Assembly: GCA_958009085.1 (NCBI GenBank)
Contig: OY253674.1
Location: 992,001 to 1,056,000 of the forward strand
Direction: 5' to 3'
Source of the DNA: Protoeuglena noctilucae
Taxonomy: Eukaryota
DNA: 64,000 nucleotides
The notes under the pieces were generated by a model that saw only the letters and a program-made list of their open reading frames with translations, was not told the origin of the DNA and did no database searches. Numbering within the stretch: position 1 is the first letter of the stretch; each line of letters opens with the position of its first letter. Shown one piece after another: positions 28,101 through 40,915 of the stretch. A program made the translations under genes and the position numbers.

Positions 28101-31100
28101 CTTCATGCATCACGCACCGATACCGATGCTTCACAGGAGCACCCTCCTTGGGCTGGGTCCCCTTGATCTCTGCACGGCATTGGTTGCGTTTGTCGAGCCA
28201 GTTGCGATAGCTGAAGAATGAACTGCGCCCCTGCACGGGGTGGTAAATCTCGACGTAGTCCAAAAGCCACGTAGGGAGGAGGCCCTTCCCGTCGTGCTCA
28301 ACCGTCACGCTCTGTATCTCGCCCACGTCCGGGGCCTCGAGGTGAAAGACGTCGCGCGCCCCTCGCTCGAACAGGTTGCCTGATGCGACCAAGGGCCGCC
28401 GCGTGACGGCGCCCTTGTCACCATGAATGGACAGGAACACGTCAGCGTCGGTCCCTGCCCCCCGCGCGTCTCCCGTCGCCACGGTGACGATGTACTCGAT
28501 CAGCGGCACCAACTCCGAGGCGCGGTCCGTGGAGGGCACCAGCACCTGCGTGAGGGATTTGGGGTCCGCCGACGAGAGCCAACGCCCGCAGGGGAAGAAG
28601 AAGGACCGGGACGCCACAAGGTCAACGACCTCCACGTCCTGCAGGTGCCAGTCGCCCCCGAGGCCCCGCGCGTCCGTCGTGACCTCGCACCGCGTGATGT
28701 CGCCAAGCGGGGGGCACGTGATTGTGAACTCGTCACGGCGGCCACGTTCAAAGTCGTTCCGGGACGACTCGAGGCGCTGTGCCCCAGAATCCACCGAAGA
28801 ACCATCCGCAGCCTTCCCGTACAGAGTAATGAACACGTTGGCGTCCGTTCCGGCGTTGCGTATGTTGCTGGTGCGGACGAGCACCTTGTACGCCTGGTGG
28901 TCGGGGGGCCGGTCGGCCGGGCTGCCAGCCACTCCTCGAACCCGGGGTCGGCTGGCAGTCACGGTGGCGAACAGGGGGAAGAAAGTCTGCTCGTTCGTCT
29001 CCATGTCCACCACCTGCACGTACTCCACCTCCCAGCCCCCTCCGATCAGCCCTCCCAGCGTGCCGAGAACGCCCTGCTTGGCCGCAAATCCGATATCCAC
29101 CTCTGTCAGTTTGCCAAGCACGCTGCCTGGCGGCAGCTCGACCAGGAAGGTGTCCATGCGGCCGCGCTCGAAGTCATTGGCGGATGACTCGAGGCGGAGG
29201 TCCGCGGACTTGCCGTCCTTGCCAGCCAACACGATCGACACGTCCTTGTCGGTGCCTGCCCCGCGCTTGTCCGCCGTCTTGACCTGAATCTGGTACCTGC
29301 GCCAACATCAGTTTCAGGCACGTGACGGTGAACACGAAAAACCAGCGTGCCCTGCACTGGCGGTTCGCGTGTCGGGGGGCGCGGGTGCGGGTACCTGTGC
29401 GGCTGGGTGCCCGTCGGGGCCTTCTGGTTGGGCAACAGCTTGACAGTCGTGCCCACGCCGTGCTTGCCGTCCAGCCAGTTGCCCAGGTAGAAGAGCGCCT
29501 TCTGTCCGGACGACAGGTTGAGTACCTCCACGTGGCTGAGGTGCCATGCTGGTGCAAGACCGCGGTTGTTGTGGCCTATGGTGAGACTCTGCGTGTGAGT
29601 GGCGAGGATACGCACCGGTGTCGCCGCAGGGGCCAGCCGCAGGGGGGAGTCGAGCGTCACAAGCAGCCCATGCCTGGCCCCCCCTAGCCTCTAAAGCACC
29701 TTGATCTGGCCGACGTCGGGCCCTTGCACCACGAATTCGTCCACGGAGTTGCGCTCGAAGGCGCCCTTGCCTCCGTCGAGGACCATGGCATGCGTGGGGC
29801 CCTGCAGCTGAGACTGGACGGGTCCCCCTAGCACCTTTGCGGTTGCTTGAAGCCGCTGACGAGCTGCTTTAGCCAAGGTCTTCGCGCACCTTGTCCCCCT
29901 CAATCACGGCCGACACCTCGGCGTCCGTCCCTGCCCCGCGGATGTCCGACGTGTGCACGATGAGCTTGTACTTGAGGAGGCCAATCTGCGGGACGGCCAA
30001 CGCCTCGAGTCGGTCTGGGAATCCGTGGGTTACCACCTCTTGATGATCAGCAACAGGCGGGGCAGCGCAGCGCAGGGTCACCTTGGCTTGCTCCGAGCCC
30101 TCCGGGAAGAGGGTGCACTCGGTAGAGAACGGCGGCGCCGACTTGTCCAGCCACTGGTCGGCGAGGAAGGACACGCGCTCACCGGTGGCCACCGACATGA
30201 CCTCCACGCTGTGCAGATGCCACCCGGGGTTGAAGCCGCGGTTGTTGTGCCCGATCCAGATGCTCTCGATCTTCCCCAGCGGCTTGCTCATCACCGTGAA
30301 GACGTCGGTGCGGCCCCTCTCGAAGTCGTCCTGCTCGAGTCGAGCTTGTGCCGCCCGGAGCTGACCGAAGCGCCCTTGTCGTCCCGCCCGAACATCTCGA
30401 TGTGGACGTCCGCGTCTGTGCCGGCACCCTTGAGGTCGCTGGTCCGCACCGTCACCTTGTAGGCCACCTCCCCGGAGGCATCCACGCGCGCCCCGGGCAC
30501 GAGGTCCCGCTCCACCTTGCCGTCTGCGGCACACCGGAAGAGAGGGCGCCTCCCGCGACGTGATGTGCGCGCATGGCAAGCGGAAACGGCATGCACAGTC
30601 CCCCTCACCGCCATGCTTCTTGTCGAACCACATCCGGCAGTCAAAGTAGTACTGCTTGCCGTTCCCCTCGTCGACCACCTCCACGTGGTCCAGGTGCCAC
30701 GCCGCGCCCAGGCCCCGGTTGTCGTGCCCGACCGTGATGCCCGTCACCTCCCCTACGTTCTTGGCCTTCTTGAGCAGGAACGTGTCGGCACGGTTCCGCT
30801 CGAAGTTGTTGGCGCTGTTGTCCAGCGTCATCTTGCCCGTCTCCAGCTCGCGTCCCCGCGCGTCCTTGCCGCGGATGTTGATGAACACGTTGGCGTCCGT
30901 GCCCGCCCCGCGGATGTCCGACGTGTAGGTCGTCACGCGGAAGGTCGTCGTGTCCAGGGAAATGTTCGCGCCGGGCTTCAATCGGATCCGCGACTGCTTC
31001 TGCGGGGAAGGCCCGAAGACGCGCCCTGCCTGGCCCACGGGGCGAAGGGCGTACCATGGCGCCCTCCCCGCCCGGCCAGCTGCTCGGAACCCGAGGGCCA

Positions 31101-34100
31101 CACCTTGTCGAGCCACTGGTTGGCGATGAACGAGAACCGCTTCTGCTTGGCCGAGTCCGTGATGACCACCTGCTCCAGGTGCCAGTCCGAGAAGGCCCCC
31201 GCGCCGTCGTGGCCAATCTCAATCTCCGAGAGGTCCCCGATCTCGTGGCTCTTGAGGAAAAAGGTGTTCATCGTGTTGCGCTCGAAGTTGTTCCTGCGAG
31301 GCACGTACCCATTGGCGGCCTGACTGGCGAGCCCGACCAGGCCGACCCCTTGGCCCGAGCCGCCGCCCCCCGGGCTCACTTGCTGTTGTCCAGGCGGACG
31401 GGCCCGTAACTGCGGGTCCCCTGCCCGAACAGCGTGATGGTCACGGTGGCGTCGGTGCCTGCACCCCGCACGTCAGACGTGTACACCTGCACGACGTACT
31501 CGACCAGGGAGTGCTTGGTGCCGTCGCTGGGCAGGAGCGTCACGTACCGCTCGCCCCCGCCGTCCTTGGGAATCCAGTCGCCGTGCTCGAAGACCATGGG
31601 CTGCGGTCGCACCAGGGGACAACACGTTCCTTCGGGGACACAGCCGGGCCGCACGCGGTGGCCCTCTGCGTGTACCCCCACCCCAGCAGGACTCACGCGC
31701 GACCCGGCCGCGGTGACGACGACCTTGTTCAGGTGCCAGGCGCTGAAGAGCCCCTTGCCGTCGTGGCCGATGCTGATGCTCTGCAGCTCCCCGACCAGGC
31801 ACTCGCACTGGAACTTGTCGCAGCGATTGCGCTCGAAGTTGTTCTTGCTCGTCTCGAGGCGGAGGGGGCCGAAGGATCCCTCCGTGCCGTTCAGCGTCAC
31901 GTCCACGTTGGCGTCCGTGCCCGCGCCCTTGACGTCCGACGTGTACACCTCAATGTCGTACAGCTTGGGCTTGGGGCCCTTGCCGTCCCGGGGGGTCAGC
32001 ACGCGCACCGTCTGCCCGTCGTCCTCGTCCTTGGCGAGCCAGCGCCCGCAGGGGAACACCACCGTCATCTTCAGCAGCTGCGTGCAGGTGCAGCTGCCAC
32101 GGGTGAGCCTCAGCCCACAGGCACAGGGATTGCAGAGGAACCCCACCGCCCTCGCCTTGTTCGTGACCTCGACGCGATCCAAGTGCCAGCCGGGCCCAAA
32201 CCCCGTGTTGTCGTGGCCGATGCGGAGGCGGTCGGGGAGCCCAACGTCGCGGGACCGGACCACAAACACGTCCTTGCGGTTGCGCTCGAAGTTGTTCTTG
32301 GCGTTGTCCAGGTTTAGTTCCTGGGTCCATGGCACGCTCGGAGATCCCGAGTCCAACATGCAGGGCAGCACAGCAAAGGCCCGCTCAGGGGCCATGACCT
32401 GTCTATGCTGCCACTCACCGGCGTGGACCCCTTGGGCCCCATCAGGACGATGTACACGTTGGCATCCGTGCCCGCGCCCCGGATGTCCGACGTGTAGACT
32501 GCCACCTCGTACCCCACCTCGTCCATGTCGACCTTGCGCCGCTTGGACGCCGCCGCCTCCGCCTCCGCCTCCGCCGCCGCCGCCGCGTCCCTCCGCCGCA
32601 GCTCCTTCTGCTGGTCCGCCAGCGGCACCGTCTGGGCCACCAACACCCGCAGGGGCCGCTCGTACACAAAGTTGTCGCCCGAGGGCAGCTTGGGGGGCGC
32701 GGGCTGCTCCGCGCGCAGCACGCGCCACTGCATCACGGCCCGGTCCCGGCCCCCCACCGACACCACCAGGGCATTGTCGGGGGACACGCGCACGTTGGCC
32801 ACGTGGGCCGCATGCCCACGCAGCTCCCTGCGGTGGCGGTGGCAAACGCGAGTGTGCTCCACATCTGCGCACCGCTTGCGTCCATGGATGCCCACCCGCC
32901 CAGCCGCTGCTCGCCTGCAGGGCGCCCCCTCCACGACGCAGGGGTAGTTGAAGAGCCGCACCATGCCGTCGTCCGACCCCGTCACCAGGACCTGCCCCAT
33001 GCCCTCCAGGAAGTTGGTGAGACCGGGGGAGGACGGGTACGACCGCGACACGGCGTTCACGTCCGTCCCGTCCGTGCCCTGGCCCAGCCTCCAGATGCCC
33101 ATGACCGGGAACCCCAGCACGCACGTCCACGTCGCCCACGCCACGTCCCGCTGCGATCCCCGCACCCGGCGCCCCGTGCCCCCGTCAAAGTAGAGGATCT
33201 CGTACGCCCCCGAGTCGCTGCGGGAGAAGACGGGGGTGCCGTTGCTGCCCGGGACGCGCGCGGCCGCAGCGCTCCCCACCGCGGCCGGCCCGGCACCTCA
33301 TGAGGATGGCGGAGTCGGCACTCCAGTCTAGGTGCGTGACGTAGCTCGAGTGCCCGGTGCACTTGGCCACCACGAGGTAGTTGTCCTCCACGCTCAGCAG
33401 GTAGACGAAGTTGTCGTGGGACGCCACGGCCAGCCGGGCCCCGTCGGGCGAGTACCGGACGTCGGAGATCTCCTCGCTCGACACGTGCGCTCGGGCCACC
33501 GTCTTGCGGAGGTCGGACGTGGGCAGCACGACCAGGGCGCCGTCGGTCGCCCCCACCGCCGCGTGCATCCCGTTGGGGGAGAAGTCCACCGCCGTGCACA
33601 GCAGCCCCAGGGCCACGCGCGCCAGGAGCTGCCGCGCCTGGGCGTCCCAGATGCACAGGTCCCCCACGTCGCTGGCCGTGGCGAACTTGTGCGCGACCTT
33701 GGGGTGGAACGCCAGGCCCGCCACGGACCCCTTGTGCCCGTCCACCAGCACCACCGGCTCGTCCTTGTGCGCGCGCACTACCTCCACCACGTCGCACCCG
33801 GACGTCCCCAGCACCATGTCCCCGGTCAGCGGGTGGCAGTCCAGGGCGCGGACCCCGGGTGGCACGGTGCTGCCGGGGTCGTCCAGGGGGATGCTCTGCG
33901 GCGGCCAGCAGCGACGCGCGCGTGACAAAGCCGTCGCGGTGCGGTGCCTCCGAGTCACCATCGCAATGCTCGGCCCTCACCTTCACGGGGCCCTCGAGCT
34001 TCCCTCCCAGCAGGTTCCAGACCAGGAGCTGCCCGTCCGCGCCCCCCGTGACCAGCTCCGTGTTGCCGTTGCGGAGGGCGAGCGCGCGCACTCCGCCGTA

Positions 34101-35716
34101 CGTCTTGATGCCGTTGAAGGGGTCCCGGATCCGCTTCCCCGGCGCGTGGGCCTTCTCCACATGCACCAGGGATCCCGTGGCCCCCGACCGCCCCGACACG
34201 TCGAAGAGGAGCACGTCGCCCTTGACACCCCCGGCCGCGAGAAGACCGTTCGGCAGGAAGCAGACGCCCCGGATGTCCTGCACCTCCACCCCGCCGAAGG
34301 TCCCCTGCGCTGCATTGTACGTCTCCCGGCCACGCGAGTCCCCCGACAGGGACCAGACCTTCAGGTGCTGCGGGGGGAGGCGCGAGGGGAGGCGCTTTGT
34401 GAAGCGAGCGGGGAAGGCGCAGGCTAGCCATTGGCTCCTCGGTGAGCTCGCAGACGGGAACCGCCCTCGCCTTGACGCCGAAGGTGACGAACATGTAGGG
34501 CTCGCTGGCGGCGGGGGGGGTCGCCTTGCCCGTCCAGTCGCCGCGCGGGAAGGGGTTCCAAGCAATCCCGGCGACTTGGGGCGGGTCGCCCTTCCGGGCC
34601 ACGCCCCGGAAGACGCAGGTGCGGCGCTCCCACTCAAAGACGAGGACCGTGTGCTGGTCATCGCCGAGGACCACGGCCAGGCGCGAGCCGCAGGGGCTGA
34701 AGGCGGCGGCCGCCACCATGGTGAAGCTCTTGTGCGCCTCGGGGGGGAACTCGAGGCGGCACACCTCCTGCAGGGTCACGGTGTCCCACACCACGCAGCA
34801 GGGGGGGGCCGCCAGCGACGCCACCTGCCCCGAGGCCGCGAGCCGCCGCCCCGGGTGCATGCAGAGGCACGTGACGTCGTCGTCGTGTCCCAGGAAGAAG
34901 CGCTGCCGGTTGCCCTCCTTGTCCAGGCACACCACCACGGCCGCCACCGGGAACACCACGTGGCCCTGGCTCGTGTAGAAGACGTTCGGGGCCGTGTGGT
35001 AGATGCCCGCGTAGCCGTGGACGTGCTCCAGCGCCAGGTCCACGTCCGGCACCCGCGCCGACCGCGCCACGTCCGCGTCCGCCAGCAGGGTCGGGGTGTG
35101 CACGGCCTTGCGGCAGAAGCGGTAGGTGATCTTGCCCCGGAAGCTGTAGTCGTCGCCCACCTTGAAGGGGCCGCGCTTCACGTCCGCCAGCCCCAGCATC
35201 CGCGTCTGGGACCCAAACAGCGTGTGGACGAAGACGTCGTAGGGCATGCGGTGCTCCTGGTCGCAGCCGTACTTGCGGAAAAGGGCCGACGCGTTGGCCT
35301 TCGTCAGCGTGACGCCCATGCGCCGCCACACCATCCGGAACTCGTCCTGCAAACGAGGCACGGGGCAGTACGCGTCGAGGAAGCCTTGGCTGGGGAAGCT
35401 GGGGTCGACACCCTCGCTGCGTGCGCACCATCGCGACGAGTCCCGGGGGCCCGTACTGCCCGGCGTCGCGCTTGGCTTTCTCATGCATGCGGAAGGCACG
35501 CAGCGCAATCATCTTGGCGTCCTCGTTGAAGGAAGCCATGGCGGCCAGCGTGTTGCGCATCGTGGTCTCCACGCCCGCCAGGCCCGACGTCTGCGGCAAC
35601 GAGAGGGGCAGCCGGCTCGATGAAGAGCGCCAGGGCCTCTGGGGCGGCACACATGTTTCCGTGAATGGCCCACCTCCCCCTCGGCCGCAGCACCCCGCGT
35701 CTCCGGGACCCCCCAT
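22183..35716 (-). CDS. Giant multidomain protein: EF-hand-like pair, EML-type HELP/WD40 propellers, about 16 PLAT/LH2 repeats (LOXHD1-like) and 3 IQ motifs
   Basis: HELP-like LEHVHGYAG...QRFFLGHDDDVTCL and WD40 repeats (GHSSYVTHLDWS, GHAAHVANVRVS..VSVGGRDRAVMQW). Repeated PLAT signature TSDIRGAGTDANV...NNFERN...IGHD...WHL...C..WL. IQ motifs AATKIQSVFRG, AATSIQSAFRG and AATKIQ|SLFRG. Stop TAA at 22183-22185; start approximate; one apparent frameshift near 30330. Confidence 0.8.
23189..23323. repeat. Coding tandem duplication: two 60-nt copies (23189-23248 and 23264-23323, 3 mismatches) in a Pro/Thr/Ala-rich linker
   Basis: Direct comparison of the two copies. They encode AMP[G/V]PTTAPTA[P/S]AAP[T/M]TAP on the minus strand, flanked by more degenerate PTTAPA units. 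Confidence 0.85.
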
Positions 35717-36297
35717 CGATTCGCGCTCCAATAAGGACTCGGCAGGCGGACTCGCTCCCCATCCGGGCCCATCGAGTGGGCGAGCGGGTTTACGGAGTGC
35801 TGCGATGAGAAATCAAAAACGCTGTGATGGACAAATGGCAAACGACGGAGATATTAGGCACAGCCATTGAGACGTTATGTAGATGGCAGCTCGTCGGAGT
35901 TCTGCCGGCACCCGCAGCGCCAACGCTGCGCACCGCGAGTGGGAGACGTCCCAAGGTGCTCCCCGGATCGCCGGGATCCTGGCCCGGACGCGCAGAAGGA
36001 TTACTCATGAGAGTTTCACGAGAAATGGCTGGCCATGCGGCCTGGACGGCGTCTCATGCATTCCCTGCAGTCATTCTTCTCGTGCATGTGACATCCTGGC
36101 TCCTGTGTGTTGAGCTGAAGCCGATACATGCAAGATGTCGTTGTCAACGTCTCAGTCCCGCAATGTCTGGCCACAACTGAATTAGGCTTTAGAGAGAAAA
36201 TGGGAGAAACAGTTCTGGCAGGGCTTTTACCGTTTTGGCGGCGCCAATGGCGCATGCAACCGCTTCCCAGCTTCCCATACCTGCGCCAAACGTAACT
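35717..36297. promoter_or_regulatory. Probable bidirectional promoter/5'UTR region between the EML-PLAT gene (-) and the CCDC82-like gene (+)
   Basis: Visibly more AT-rich stretch between divergent genes. Positional inference. Confidence 0.35.
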
Positions 36298-38401
36298 ATG
36301 GTCGACGTCCTTGACCTGAGGGCGCTCCACCGCCCACGAGTGATGGATAATTTGGAAGGTGACTGCTCTTCCCGGCCGGCAAATGCATGGAAACGCGAGC
36401 GATGACCGCCTGAAGCTGCACTTCGCACGAGCTCGTTTGCGCAGACGCGGTCGTGCGGAACTCGGTCCTGAAACGCCGTAGGCGACGCGCCCAGGCAATT
36501 GAGAGCTCGCCCTCGGCCGAGTCGCTCGAGGATGTCGTCGAGGTGGAGAGCGACACGCCGCGCAAAGCGGCAAGGGTTGTTGTGGTGGTGAGGGGCTACG
36601 CGGTCATTGCATCGCAGCCTTCATCCGCCGCCTTGAGGGGGTTTAGCAACCCTCGCACTTCGTCGCAGGATTCCGGTGATGAGGGCGATGGTGAAGAGCC
36701 CACGCAGCGGCAAGCGACGCAGCGGTCGCCAAGCAGAGTGAGGGGGGCCATGTCATGCGCGACGGGAGCGCTTGTGTACAGGGGTCGCAGCAACAAACTC
36801 GTGCTTCGTGCCTGACCCCCTTGTGCCTACTCCACTGCCACTGCCAGGCCGTGTGGGAGGAGCAGATGCGGGCCATGACGAAAGAGCAGCTGGAACCTCA
36901 AGGGAGTGAGGATGAGGACGAGACGGAGGGGGAAGACGAGGAATCGCTCGGCGGCTTCATTGTCGAGGACGAGGTGCGAATCTGATGACGACGCCCTGCA
37001 CCTAGCCCCAGTAGCGTGCACGATGCAGTCCTTGACGCGGTGCAGGAGGGGCACGTCACCACGCGGGGGGCCGAGGACAGGAAGGCAGTGGTGATGAACG
37101 AGCTTCACCTGCTTGGGGGCTACCAGGACGAAGCGGACGCTTTCAAGGTGTACTTGCAATACGTCTTGCTGGACCTCATCGACCCCGACATGAAGGTGGG
37201 ACCGGGCGGCGCAATCGTGTGCCGCAACCCCGCAAAGGTTCAAGGGTACGACGGGGCACGTACCTATCGCCCAACTCCCGCCCGCAGACGTCGCTGGCGA
37301 GGCCGGACATGCACGAGAACAAAGCATATTTCGACCGCGCCATCGACCGGGTGGAGGGCAAGGTCGGGGACTTGATGAAGCTCTGCGCGGGGAGCTCGGC
37401 TTGGATGTCCGCGGCCTCCTCGCGGGTGTTTCTGGCGGCCATGCACCAGCTGCCCGGGTGAGGGCGGCCCGGCCATCCGTTTGGCCTTACGCGGATGGGC
37501 AGCAGAGGATGAGGCAGGAATCCCACTTCCCTACCTCTGTGCTGCAGCATCGAGCTCAGCACGCTTGAGGAGCCGGCCAACTGCGAGATATGTGGTAGGG
37601 ACAGGCATCCGGCTATCTTTGAGATGTGCTTCCACGGCCGCCCCTGCCCCCCACCGTGGGCGCGCCTTGCCCCATCGCACGGCGTGGCGGAGGCCGTGCA
37701 GAGGACGATCGACGAGGTGAGGTGGAGAAAGGAAGGGCTGCTTGCAGAGACTCAACCTGGGAGCTCGCCGTGGCCTGCGACATCGCTGCTGTGTCGAGTT
37801 GCAGGACGAGGAGGCGGCGGACCTGGCAGAAGGTACCCGGGGCTTGACGACCCACTGCTTCAGCGTGGGTCGCTTCTGCAAGATCCGCGTGTCAACGTAC
37901 CACGCCCTGTTCCACTACCGCACGCACCTCGCGCGCTGGCTGCGGTCGCGGCTCCTGGAGGTCCGGCAGGAGGGCGTCGAGTGAGCCGTGCCGCTTGCTT
38001 TCTTTTAGCAGCACAAGTGCTTGAGTGAGGCACACAGAGACCTCAACGCTGTTGAGATACTTCCCCGCAGGCTGGACGCGCGCGCCGTGGAGTCGCTGCT
38101 GGACACACCGAGCCTGGTGGAGGAGGCATACGCGGTCTTTCAAGAGCTCATCAGCGTCGCCGTCAAGTTCCAGGACGAGATGCGGGGCAACTGGAGGGCC
38201 GTGTACCACGAGGTGGACTACCGGCAGAGCGGGCTGCTCAAGGCGCTCGTGGGCGGGTATGGCCCCGACGACCGATGGCTGCCGGGGGACGACCTGGAGG
38301 GGGGCCACCAGGAGAGCACGTCCGAAAGCACGTCCAGCGCGAGCACGACCACCTCCTCGTCCGAAAGCGACTCGGAAGCAGACGAGGACGAGGGCCCCTG
38401 A
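36298..38401 (+). CDS. CCDC82 / DUF4211-domain protein
   Basis: Acidic N-terminal region with ESLGGFIVEDE, then AFKVYLQY, CEICGRDRHPA and FSVGRFCKIRVSTYHALFHY, which fit the remembered DUF4211 Cys/His pattern. Multi-exon. Confidence 0.68.
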
Positions 38402-38417
38402 CACGGCGGCCAGACCC

Positions 38418-40397
38418 TCAGAGCATGACCAGGCCGATGTCGGACGGCTGCAGGGGGGGGCCGTCCTTGGCCCGCCCCGCCACGTACCAGTTGTAGAGGT
38501 AGTAGTGCAGTGACCCATCGCCGATGCCGAACTTGAGTTCCTTGAGGAATGTTTGGTTGTCCATGATGTCCAGGGCGTTGAAGACGTCGAATCCGGCGTT
38601 CTTGGCCAGGATCTGCGGGAAGAGGCGCAACGGGGGCTGAGAAGCCAGGTCACAGGGTACCAACAGAGTCGAGAGCATCTACAAACCCGCCCCTTACCAG
38701 CGCGTCCTGCATCAGCTGCTGCAGGGGCACGGTGTTGGCGCACGTGTAGAACATGTAGGCGGCCCGGAGCGTCTTGTGCTGCTCGTTGCCCAGGACCGTC
38801 GAGGGCTGGGAGCAGGGGGGGCAGCGAGGGCACGTCAGCATGCGTCAGCCTGTAACGTGACGGCGGCCTTCACCACGCATCTTCCCACTGCACTCGCGCC
38901 CTCACCAGAGAGTAGAAGGACACCACGTCCCGCACCTCCCCAGCCACCTCCGCCACGTACGTGGACACCACCCCCCCCCTCGGCAGAACCCAGTGCTCCA
39001 CGTCCTCCTTGCTCAGCGCAGGCGCCAACGAGAACTTGGCCAGGTACGTCTTGAGCAGCTGCACCACCGTCGGCACGTCCTCCCGCCGCATCTCGCGCAG
39101 CCCCGGAGTGGCAGTCGTCTGCAGGCGCACACAGGCAGAGTGCGAGACATCAGCAATATGCGATGCCGGACGTCCAGTTGCTGCGGCCCAATCGACTCAT
39201 GGCCCCAGGGATTGCGCACGGCCCATGCCCCCACCTCCGGCAGCTTGTTCAGCTTGATCGTGCGCGCCATCGTCATGTTTCTCGAGAGGCGCGAGAACTG
39301 GACCTCGATGAGCTTCTTGGGGTCAAGGGAGCGGTGGTAGTAGCGCCCCGTGCCCACCGGCTTGGGGATGACCACCCCGGCCGTGTACACCGCCTGCCAC
39401 ATGTCGCACAGGTTCACCCGACGCGTGATCTCCTTGATCAGAACTGCGGGTAACACTCGGCAGCAGCTTGAGTGCCCAGAGGGACTTGCATCCTTCCTGG
39501 CACAGCACCCCGGTGGCACTACCCATCGCTCGCGCAGCATGGCACCTGGGGCCAGCCGGCGGGACCGCAGTTTCTTGTGGACGCACAGGAAGTTGACTTC
39601 GGCGACGCGCATCTCCGCGTCCCTGACTCGGAGGGTGGCCGGGATGGCGGAGATGAAGGCGAACAGTTTGCCGGTGCGCGAGTCCATCACGCCAATGAGC
39701 CAGTCCTTGCGCCAGCCGGGCGGGCACATGGCCCACCGCAGGAAGGCGGGCGAGTAGTCGAACCTGGGCGAGGGGAGGCACGCTGTGTTGGCCACGGGGG
39801 CGCAAACGTGAACATGCGGGACGGGCAAGCACGGCCTGCATGCCTGAACATGTTGTCGTCGTCCTCCACGTAGTTCTTCGTCAGCAGTTCGTAGACCTGG
39901 TGCAGCGTCTCGTCGTCGGTCAGGTCGCAGTCCTTCCAATCAAAGGGTGCCGGCAGGGCCCAAGGCTCCTGGCGCACGTCCTGAGCGGCGTGGGGCAGGA
40001 TGTAGGCACTTTACTTACCGCTGACAGCTAACACGGGCAATTGCAGCGAATCCAACGAGCAAGCAGCCGCGTTCGGCCGAGCCTGGGGCTCGGAAGCTGC
40101 AGCGATCTCGCTCGCACCTGGGGAGTCTTCGGCGCATCGATGGGTCCATCCTTGCGGCCCGATCCTCCATCGCTGAACTGCGCCACGGGCTGGGTTTCCC
40201 AGAACGCGTACCGATCTTTGTTGCCACGGCTGTGCCTGCGATGCAGCAGGAAGCGGTCGCGTTGAAGCGCCGATGATGCGCGCCAGGACAGCAGATCCAC
40301 GGCGAGAAACTAAATGCTGGCCGGGGCACCTGGCTTGCAGCTCCAGTGCCTTGAGGGCATCGTGATCGCTGCTAGCCGCCCCTTCTCCCCCCGACAT
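38418..40397 (-). CDS. NMT1: Glycylpeptide N-tetradecanoyltransferase (N-myristoyltransferase), 8 exons
   Basis: Motifs [78 protein letters not shown] and C-terminal GLVML*. Confidence 0.96.
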
Positions 40398-40915
40398 CTC
40401 GCCCCGACCCCAGGAGTGCCGTCGTCGCCGGTCCTTCGCTAGTTGCTAGCTGTTTTGAACCTCCGCGCCGCCAGCAGATCGCCGCGAGCTCAGCAATGGC
40501 CGTGGATGTGGCACGCACACGTCTCACACGCTGTGCCGCCGATGTAACGCCGGGGTGCACAGGTCCTGGGCAGGCACACTTGTTTGTGGACAGTGCACGA
40601 CCATCCTGCCATTGGGGGCTTGAAGAAGTCATTATTGGGTAAAAACCCTGCAAGACCTGGGGGCGGCAGGGGAAACAGCCCTGAGACGTTTTCAAACCGC
40701 TGACGTGAAAGGCAAGGACCGCTTCCGCTGTTCGGCTAGCCGCGTGCCGATTTCTCCCCGCCAATTTTGTTCCTGTGCGCAGTGTTGAATGGGTTAGCCC
40801 AGTGACAGGCCGGCGCCAACTCCTGACGACGTCTTGAGAATGGTTTGGTAGGGTACTGGTATCGCTGCAGGAGGCCCTTGCGTGCTCAGGGTGCCCGGTG
40901 CCACGCGGGCAACTG

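Noticed and set aside
24050..32510. Recurring nucleotide motifs such as gcgtccgtgcccgc and cgctcgaagttgtt as a CRISPR-like or dispersed DNA repeat
   Set aside because: They encode the conserved PLAT peptides GAGTDA and NNFER. Spacing follows the protein domains and synonymous positions vary.
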